A stretch of 64,000 nt of DNA, from the NCBI GenBank assembly GCA_014361445.1, contig JACIVQ010000001.1, forward strand, positions 10,174 to 74,173. The letters are read 5' to 3'. Both the position numbers and the translations under genes were made by a program. This DNA comes from Methanosuratincolales archaeon (GTDB lineage: Archaea > Thermoproteota > Methanomethylicia > Methanomethylicales > Methanomethylicaceae). The notes under the pieces are model-generated. The model saw only the letters and a list, made by a program, of their open reading frames with translations. It had not been told where the DNA came from and searched no databases. The stretch's first letter is position 1. Every line of letters begins with the position of its first letter. Of this stretch, positions 57,413 to 64,000 are shown piece by piece.

Positions 57413-59787
57413 GGCGACTCTAGCCGCCAATCTCCCTCCTTTCTTGATTTTAGAACTTCCTCCAGTATAACCCTGCGCTCAATTCCAGCCACAATCTTTC
57501 GGGTCCACACAACAACATCAGGGTTAACGCTCAGGCTGTCTATCCCTTGCTTAACTAGGAACTCTGACAGCTCGGGGTAGACGCTCGGACCTTGGCCGCA
57601 TATGCTGACCGTCACGCCGTTCTTGTGGGCCACTTTTATCAGGTGGGATATCGCCCTTAGAACCGCAGGGTCCCTCTCATCGAAATACCTAGAGTCCTGC
57701 GCTGGCAGGATGGGCGAGTCCCTGTCTACTCCGAGAATCAGCTGGGTCAGGTCGTTGCTGCCCACGCTGAACCCATCACACAGCTTTGAGAACTCGTCTG
57801 CCATGAAGATTATTGAGGGTATCTCGGCCATCAGCCAGACCTTGAAGTCCCTGCTCCTCTCAAGTCCCTCTTCCTTCATTATGGAGAGGCACTTCTCCAC
57901 CTCCCAAGTGGTTCTAACAAATGGTAGCATGACGTAAACGTTCTTGAGTCCCCACTCATCCCTGACTCGTTTAATCGCCCTGCACTCCAGCCTGAAGCCG
58001 GGTTCGTATATAGGCGAGATGTACCTGCTCACGCCGCGCCAGCCGATCATAGGGTTGTGCTCCTGTGGCTCGTACTTATCACCACCCTTAAGCTGCCTGT
58101 ACTCGTTTGTCTTGAAGTCGCTGAATCGAACCACAACAGGTCTGGGGTAGATGTTTCTGGCCACCCATGCGATCCCGCTGGCGAGCTTGTCGATGAAACG
58201 CTCCTCCTCGTGCCTCTCTATGAGGTAGAGCGGGTGTTCGCCTATGATGTCAGCTATGATGAACTCTATCCGCATCAGACCTATCCCGTCAAATGGTAGA
58301 TCTTTGTACTTGTCTATCATCGCTGGCTCTCCCAAGTTCATGTATATCTTCGTTCCCGTGGGCGGATAGATCCCTGACATGTTGATTGCTAACGGTGCTG
58401 CCTCCTTCTTCTCTTCAGCAGCCAGGAGGTCTCCGTCGTAAACGATGCCATGGGTGGCGTCAACCGTTATGACCTGCCCGGTCTTTATCACAGATGTTGC
58501 GTTCACCGTGCCAACAATGCAAGGGATGCCCAGCTCGCGGCTCACAATTGCAGCATGACAGGTAATACCACCGCTGTTGGTCACAATTGCCCTCGCCTTC
58601 CTCATGGCAGGAGCCCAGTCTGGCGAGGTCATATGTGTTACTAGAATCTCGCCCGGCTGGAACTGACCAATATCCTTGACGTCCAATATCACCCTTGCCT
58701 TGCCAGAAACTATCCCTGGGGCGGCCGGCAGACCACGTAGGAGGCGCTTCTTCTCCCCCCTAATTGAGGGCCCCTCCTCCTTGGCCTTCTCTTTCTGGGA
58801 CCATACGGTCTCAGGTCTAGCCTGTACGATGTAAAGGCGGTTGTCATCCTCGTCAAGTGCCCACTCGATATCCATAGGGACGCCATAATGCTTCTCAATT
58901 TCTATCGCATACCTAGCAAGCATGATCGCTTGATCTCTAGTTATGCAGGGAGACTCTCGGAGATTCTCAGGAACAGGGATCTCCTTGACAAAGCCGCCTC
59001 CTCCTTCGGCAGGAGATCTTATGGCCATGCGAGATTTTTCAGAGATCGACTCCTTCAATATCACGAGGTTCTTCTTGTCAATTATGAATTGGTCAGGTCT
59101 GACCCTTCCTTGAACAATAGTCTCTCCCACACCGAAGGTACCTTCTATAAGGATTACGTCCCTATTCCCAGTTGCGGGGTCTAGAGTAAAGATAACGCCA
59201 GCAGCCCTACTGTTCACCATCTTTTGGACTCCGACGCTGAGGTAGACCTTGCTATCTTCAAATCCCTTGGCCTTACGGTAAGCAATGGCCCTAGGAGTGT
59301 ACAGGGAGGAGAAGCACTTCTTTACATACTTGAGAAGGGCCTCCTCGCCCTCTACAAATAAAAATGTGTCCTGCTGACCTGCAAAGCTGGCACTCGGGAG
59401 GTCTTCTGCAGTGGCACTACTCCTGACGGCTACCGCTGGATTCTTCTTGCCAAGCTTCTCACCAAGCTCTTTGTATGCTCGAACTATTTCTGATTTTAGA
59501 GCTTCAGGCAGTTCGGCAGACTCGATCATCTCCCTGATCTTAATCGATGTAGACTCCAATAATGCGCTATCAAGAACGTCAACTTTTGATAGTAAATCAA
59601 AGATCATTGGTGCAAGGTTATTCTTCTCTATGTGTAATTTGTAAGCTTCAGCCGTTATGGCAAAACCAGGGGGCACCGGTATCCCAATAGAGATTAACTC
59701 TCCAAGGTTTGCATTTTTGCCACCCACAATACTAACATCATCTTTTCTAAGAGACTCGAAGGGAATGACGTATTTCGGTGAGGCCAT
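57409..59787 (-). CDS. ppsA: phosphoenolpyruvate synthase (pyruvate, water dikinase)
   Basis: VIPFESLRKDDVSIVGGKNANLGEL N-terminus, a central phosphohistidine domain (GGITCHAAIVSRELGIPCIVG) and a C-terminal PEP-utilising domain. The ORF-track N-terminal 50-aa extension was rejected. Confidence 0.9.
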   Translation of the reverse strand: MASPKYVIPFESLRKDDVSIVGGKNANLGELISIGIPVPPGFAITAEAYKLHIEKNNLAPMIFDLLSKVDVLDSALLESTSIKIREMIESAELPEALKSEIVRAYKELGEKLGKKNPAVAVRSSATAEDLPSASFAGQQDTFLFVEGEEALLKYVKKCFSSLYTPRAIAYRKAKGFEDSKVYLSVGVQKMVNSRAAGVIFTLDPATGNRDVILIEGTFGVGETIVQGRVRPDQFIIDKKNLVILKESISEKSRMAIRSPAEGGGGFVKEIPVPENLRESPCITRDQAIMLARYAIEIEKHYGVPMDIEWALDEDDNRLYIVQARPETVWSQKEKAKEEGPSIRGEKKRLLRGLPAAPGIVSGKARVILDVKDIGQFQPGEILVTHMTSPDWAPAMRKARAIVTNSGGITCHAAIVSRELGIPCIVGTVNATSVIKTGQVITVDATHGIVYDGDLLAAEEKKEAAPLAINMSGIYPPTGTKIYMNLGEPAMIDKYKDLPFDGIGLMRIEFIIADIIGEHPLYLIERHEEERFIDKLASGIAWVARNIYPRPVVVRFSDFKTNEYRQLKGGDKYEPQEHNPMIGWRGVSRYISPIYEPGFRLECRAIKRVRDEWGLKNVYVMLPFVRTTWEVEKCLSIMKEEGLERSRDFKVWLMAEIPSIIFMADEFSKLCDGFSVGSNDLTQLILGVDRDSPILPAQDSRYFDERDPAVLRAISHLIKVAHKNGVTVSICGQGPSVYPELSEFLVKQGIDSLSVNPDVVVWTRKIVAGIERRVILEEVLKSRKEGDWRLESP

Positions 59788-60242
59788 CAGCAACACCAAA
59801 GAGACTAAAATTTTTAATGTTATAAAACAATTTTGGTAGATCCATAATGATTTATAATATATCGAGATTATCCAGAGTTGATACTCTCCACAACTAAAGG
59901 CAGGGTTTCTGGACGTTCCGGTGATGAGCAGGCTCACATTCAGTCTCGTGTGGGCAAGTAGCCTAGGAATGACTTTCCGTAGCCTTCATTAAGAGATCCG
60001 TTATGAGATCCGTTGATGTATATTTATTTATTTTTGGTAATAATTAAACCACGTGATTGTACTAGCGGGGGATTATTCATTATGGATCATTGATGACCGA
60101 AATTGTAAAACCTATTGTAAAACCGCTCGCTCAAAGTTTCTATCATTTGTATTAAATTTTCATTTTCACATTTCTGCTGTTCAAGGTTTTAACACTTCAA
60201 CGGATGAAAACTGGGATTTCTCGCCCTATAGAGAATAATATG

Positions 60243-60518
60243 TCATCTCAAGATGGTGAATTCTTTGAATTCACCCTTTGGCATATCCCAGTTTATCTTC
60301 AAGTTCTCAACGGAGGCACCAGGAGGGCCTATTCGAACCTCCTCAATTAGTTTAAGTAGAGAGTCCTTTTCCCCTTCCGCCACGATCTCGACGCTCCCAT
60401 TGTTTAGGTTCTGGACATACCCAACAAGCCCGAGCTTCCTTGCTATTCTCAGTGTGAAGTATCTAAAGCCCACTCCTTGGACTATACCATAAACCCTTAT
60501 CTGTGCACGGGCGTGCAA
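60243..60518 (-). CDS. acyP: acylphosphatase
   Basis: VYGIVQGVGFRYFT and GYVQNLNNGSVEIVAEG signatures. 91 aa. Confidence 0.85.
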   Translation of the reverse strand: MHARAQIRVYGIVQGVGFRYFTLRIARKLGLVGYVQNLNNGSVEIVAEGEKDSLLKLIEEVRIGPPGASVENLKINWDMPKGEFKEFTILR

Positions 60519-60675
60519 AAGAGTTTACCTCGACAGAATTTTTTATAAAGCGGATATATAAAAAAGTTAAGAAAAATCATTATATTTATTGAATGAGCCG
60601 GGTTGCTAATTCACGACTTCCTGAGGGATCCTCCTTGGGAGGTTTTGATTTAAGATAAAAAATAAAGGTAGGAAG

Positions 60676-62262
60676 TTATGCGGGGATATTTCCGTGGCGC
60701 TTGGGAGGGCGTGGTTGTATCTCGCGCTTAGTGATCAAAGCCTCTAGCGCTTTGATTAGCATCGGTCGAGTTTCCTTTGGTAAGATAACGGCGTCGACGT
60801 ATCCGAGGTTGGCTGCTACGTAGGGGTTAGCGAATTTGTTCCTGTATTCTGCCACAAGCCTATTGGTTATCTCTTTGACCTCCTCTGGCGTCTTTGCCTT
60901 CATCAGCTCGTTCCTGTGGATGATCTCAACTGCACCCTCTGGCCCCATGACTGCGATCTCTGCGGTCGGCCATGCGAAGACCACATCAGCACCGAGGTGC
61001 CTGCTGCACATTGCAATGTAACCGCCACCATAAGCCTTTCTCATTATCACGGTGAGCTTTGGAACTGTGGCCTCTGAATACGCGTAAATGACCTTTGCGC
61101 CGTGCCTTATCACACCACCATGCTCCTGCTTTGTGCCAGGAAGGTATCCAGGAACGTCCACGAAAGTCACGAGAGGTATGTTGAAGGCATCACATGTCCT
61201 AACAAACCTCGCAATCTTGTCTGAAGAGTCGATGTCTAGGCACCCGGCATAAACCAACGGCTGGTTTGCAACCACCCCAACCGACCTGCCATTCAATCTG
61301 GCAAAGCCAACAACAGCATTCGGAGCAAACTGCGCGTGAACCTCAAAGAATGAACCTTTGTCAAAGACGTGATTGATAACGTCGTGGACATCGTATGGCT
61401 TCTTTGGATCTGCAGGTACGACATCGTTTAGCTCCTCGTCCATCCTGTCAGGAGGGTCGGCACACTCGAGGATTGGAGGGTCGTCCATGTTATTAGACGG
61501 GAGATAGCTGAGAAGCTGCTTTATCTGCTTTATGCACTCCTCGTCATTGTCTGCAGCAAAGTGAGCTACTCCGCTCAGTTTCGCATGCGCATCGGCACCA
61601 CCCAAGGTCTCAAATGTTACATCTTCACCAATCGCAGCCTTTACAACTTTTGGACCGGTTATGAACATGTAGCTCGTCTTGCGAACCATAAATATGAAGT
61701 CGGCGAGTGCCGGGGAATAGACCGCGCCTCCCGCGCATGGACCCATGATGGCTATTATTTGAGGAATGACTCCCGATGCCATGACGTTCCTGTAAAAGAT
61801 CTCCCCGTAGCCTGCCAGCGAGTTTATGCCCTCCTGTATCCTCGCGCCTCCAGAGTCGTTTAGTCCAATGAGGGGGGCGCCAGCCTTCAGTGCCATATCT
61901 TGAATTTTTGCGATCTTTTTGGCGTGCATCTCGCTCAGCGAGCCGCCCACAAAAGTGAAGTCCTGCGAGTATACGAAGACAGTCCTACCGTTTATCGTAC
62001 CGTAACCTGTTACAACGGCGTCTCCCAGGACGCGTTTCTTGTCCATATCGAAGTCATAGCACCTGTGTACCACAAACTGGTCGACCTCGACGAAGCTGCC
62101 TGGGTCAAGGAGTTTCTCTATCCTCTCCCTCGCGGTGAGCTTTCCAGCCTTGTGCTGCTTCTCTATGGCCTCGGTCCCGCCACCAAGTTTTGCCTTCTCT
62201 TTAAGCTCGTTTAATTCCTTGAATTTATCAACCAATGATGTAGCCATAATATTACACCCCAT
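60676..62262 (-). CDS. pccB: acyl-CoA (acetyl-/propionyl-CoA) carboxylase, carboxyltransferase subunit
   Basis: 528 aa, a two-domain crotonase-fold CT typical of PccB/AccD6-type enzymes. Confidence 0.9.
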   Translation of the reverse strand: MGCNIMATSLVDKFKELNELKEKAKLGGGTEAIEKQHKAGKLTARERIEKLLDPGSFVEVDQFVVHRCYDFDMDKKRVLGDAVVTGYGTINGRTVFVYSQDFTFVGGSLSEMHAKKIAKIQDMALKAGAPLIGLNDSGGARIQEGINSLAGYGEIFYRNVMASGVIPQIIAIMGPCAGGAVYSPALADFIFMVRKTSYMFITGPKVVKAAIGEDVTFETLGGADAHAKLSGVAHFAADNDEECIKQIKQLLSYLPSNNMDDPPILECADPPDRMDEELNDVVPADPKKPYDVHDVINHVFDKGSFFEVHAQFAPNAVVGFARLNGRSVGVVANQPLVYAGCLDIDSSDKIARFVRTCDAFNIPLVTFVDVPGYLPGTKQEHGGVIRHGAKVIYAYSEATVPKLTVIMRKAYGGGYIAMCSRHLGADVVFAWPTAEIAVMGPEGAVEIIHRNELMKAKTPEEVKEITNRLVAEYRNKFANPYVAANLGYVDAVILPKETRPMLIKALEALITKREIQPRPPKRHGNIPA

Positions 62263-62266
62263 CTCT

Positions 62267-62734
62267 CTATTCTATAACTACCAACGGGTCTCCAACATTT
62301 ACAAATTTGCCTGGCTGAACCTTGATCTCTTTTACAGTGCCAGCCCTATTTGACTTGATTGGGTTCTCCATCTTCATAGTCTCCAGCGTGAGTAACACGT
62401 CGCCTTCCTTAACGGCGTCACCCACTTTAACTTTCAAAGTCATTACCGTGCCGGGCATGGCAGCCTTTATCGTGCCACCCACAGCGGCTGTTGCCCCAGG
62501 AATTCCAGCAACGCCACTTGTAGCGCCTGTTGCAGCTGCCGCCTGTACCGAGGGCGAGAGCATATCAGCTATGCTGATCTTAAAGGTCTCGTCGTTGACT
62601 TTTACATCGTAGAGACCGTAAGCCTTCTCCTCTATGTTGACGTCGTACTTCACATTACCTATGTTGAGCTGGAACTTATTGATCTTGGACATTGGCATCA
62701 CCTGGCACTTCTTAATCTGCCTGACAAGACCCAT
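62267..62734 (-). CDS. accB: biotin carboxyl carrier protein
   Basis: C-terminal biotinyl domain with an E(T)MKM motif ([10 protein letters not shown]). The true start is possibly internal. Confidence 0.8.
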   Translation of the reverse strand: MGLVRQIKKCQVMPMSKINKFQLNIGNVKYDVNIEEKAYGLYDVKVNDETFKISIADMLSPSVQAAAATGATSGVAGIPGATAAVGGTIKAAMPGTVMTLKVKVGDAVKEGDVLLTLETMKMENPIKSNRAGTVKEIKVQPGKFVNVGDPLVVIE

Positions 62735-64000
62735 CCGCTTGAGACAGGCTGTCGCACGGGCTTGCTCTGAATGTATGAGGCTATAGCGGCGGCTAGTGCC
62801 ACGGTTTTCTTATCCGTGACCGCTGCCCCAGCCTGCGGTTGCTGTGGCGCCTCTTCCGCCTTTGGCTGTATCTTGCTGAGGACGTTTGCCCTGCTCTTCC
62901 TCCAAGCCTCGTCCTGCTCGAACTGGAGCTTTACCTTCTCCAGAATGTTTCTGTCCTGAATGAACTCTGTGTTTATCCTACCCTTTATGAACTCTTCATC
63001 ATTCATGACAACCTTGTGGAAGGGTATCACGGTCTGGATGCCCTCTATGACAAACTCGTCCAGTGCGCGCCTCATCCTCGCGATACACTCGTTGCGGTCG
63101 TTGCCCCATGTCAGCAATTTTACAACCAGAGAGTCGTAGAATGGAGGGATGGTGTAGCCTGCATATATACCGCTGTCTACCCTCACGCCAGGACCACCTG
63201 GCTCTATGTAATTGGTGATCAGACCAATTGAAGGCACAAAGTTGTTGAGGGGATCTTCGGCATTTATACGGCACTCCATGGCATGTCCACGTATCTGGAC
63301 GTCCTCTTGCTTGATCGAGAGAGGTTCGCCCGACGCGATCTTGAGCTGTTCCTTGACTATGTCGATCCCGGTGACGAGCTCTGTTACTGGATGCTCTACC
63401 TGGAGCCTGCTGTTAACTTCCAAGAAGTAGAAGGCATGGTCCTTCTCGGAGTATAGAAATTCGCATGTACCTGCGTTTTCGTAACCTGCTACTTGTGCCA
63501 CTTTAACTGCAGTCTCACCCATTCTCCTTCTCAGATCAGGGTCCTCATACATAACTGGGGATGGTGCTTCCTCAATTAGCTTCTGGTGCCTCCTCTGGAT
63601 GGAGCACTCCCTCTCTCCCAGGTATATCACGTTCCCCTTCTTGTCGGCAAGTATCTGGATCTCGATGTGCCTTGGCTTCTCTACATACTTCTCAATGTAG
63701 ACCTCAGCTCTCGAAAATGCCGATGCAGCTAGCCTCTGCGCCTTCTTGATAGCCTCGAGGAGTTCGTCTTTGCTCCTGCAGACCTGCATGCCAATTCCGC
63801 CGCCACCTCCAGCTGGCTTGACCATTACTGGGTACCCTGCCTCCTCGGCAATTTGAAGGGCGTCTTTGTCGTCCTGTACCGCATCCAGTGCACCTGGCAC
63901 AATGGGGATTCCGGCCTTCTTCATTGTCCGCCTAGCGCCAAGTTTATCGCCCAGAAGCTCCTGCGCCTTTGCCTTTGGTCCGATGAACTCAATCCCGGCC
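62698..64000 (-). CDS. accC: biotin carboxylase, partial (N-terminus beyond window end)
   Basis: The ATP-grasp reading frame continues upstream of the first ATG to the window edge ([32 protein letters not shown]...). Confidence 0.9.
   Translation of the reverse strand, partial: AGIEFIGPKAKAQELLGDKLGARRTMKKAGIPIVPGALDAVQDDKDALQIAEEAGYPVMVKPAGGGGGIGMQVCRSKDELLEAIKKAQRLAASAFSRAEVYIEKYVEKPRHIEIQILADKKGNVIYLGERECSIQRRHQKLIEEAPSPVMYEDPDLRRRMGETAVKVAQVAGYENAGTCEFLYSEKDHAFYFLEVNSRLQVEHPVTELVTGIDIVKEQLKIASGEPLSIKQEDVQIRGHAMECRINAEDPLNNFVPSIGLITNYIEPGGPGVRVDSGIYAGYTIPPFYDSLVVKLLTWGNDRNECIARMRRALDEFVIEGIQTVIPFHKVVMNDEEFIKGRINTEFIQDRNILEKVKLQFEQDEAWRKSRANVLSKIQPKAEEAPQQPQAGAAVTDKKTVALAAAIASYIQSKPVRQPVSSGWVLSGRLRSAR

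Noticed and set aside
59788-59937. 50-aa N-terminal extension of the ppsA ORF (MSLLITGTSRNPAF...)
   Set aside because: No similarity to PEP synthase N-termini. The conserved start is MASPKYVIPFE at 59787.
1-64000. Search for tRNA or rRNA genes (T-arm GGTTCGAATCC-like motifs, 5S/16S/23S signatures)
   Set aside because: None found by eye. The only GC-rich noncoding segment (39780-40250) does not match tRNA, 5S or RNase P conserved blocks.

Overview
The window reads as archaeal chromosome, about 50% GC and densely coding on both strands. Archaeal markers include r-protein S25e, RadA, a GHMP-type shikimate kinase, TrmB and Lrp regulators, split LplA and AT-rich TATA-like promoters close to start codons. 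No rRNA, tRNA or CRISPR array was found by eye.

Main content, in order:
- larB-larC nickel-pincer cofactor genes (larB runs off the 5' edge).
- A radical SAM enzyme with a Cys-rich N-terminus, possibly a tetraether lipid synthase.
- A pyrimidine-catabolism locus: an operon of PreT/PreA-like dihydropyrimidine dehydrogenase, dihydropyrimidinase and a YgeW-family knotted carbamoyltransferase, with carbamate kinase, a class-III aminotransferase and a cupin nearby. No beta-ureidopropionase is present in the window, which suggests an ATP-yielding phosphorolytic route.
- A three-gene module of corrinoid protein, core MetE and MtrH-like methyltransferase, i.e. a split cobalamin-dependent methionine synthase.
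- Two radical SAM genes flanking split lplA, resembling LipS1/LipS2 lipoyl synthase.
- An ABC-2 transporter with a large surface protein.
- codA-like cytosine deaminase, an NCS1 permease and an Lrp regulator.
- An anomalous ~0.9 kb noncoding patch (polypyrimidine tract plus a GC-rich segment), followed by hypothetical ORFs and a DUF4258/DUF2283 toxin-antitoxin pair.
- A complete shikimate/aromatic operon (split tkt, DAHP synthase, aroB-D-E-K-A-C, pheA, tyrA).
- A frameshifted integrase remnant.
- An uncharacterised cassette upstream of radA.
- PEP synthase, acylphosphatase and an acyl-CoA carboxylase operon (accC runs off the 3' edge).

A perfect 23-bp direct repeat occurs at 35554 and 53377, 17.8 kb apart. 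Start codons are approximate, because the ORF track uses GTG/TTG starts.
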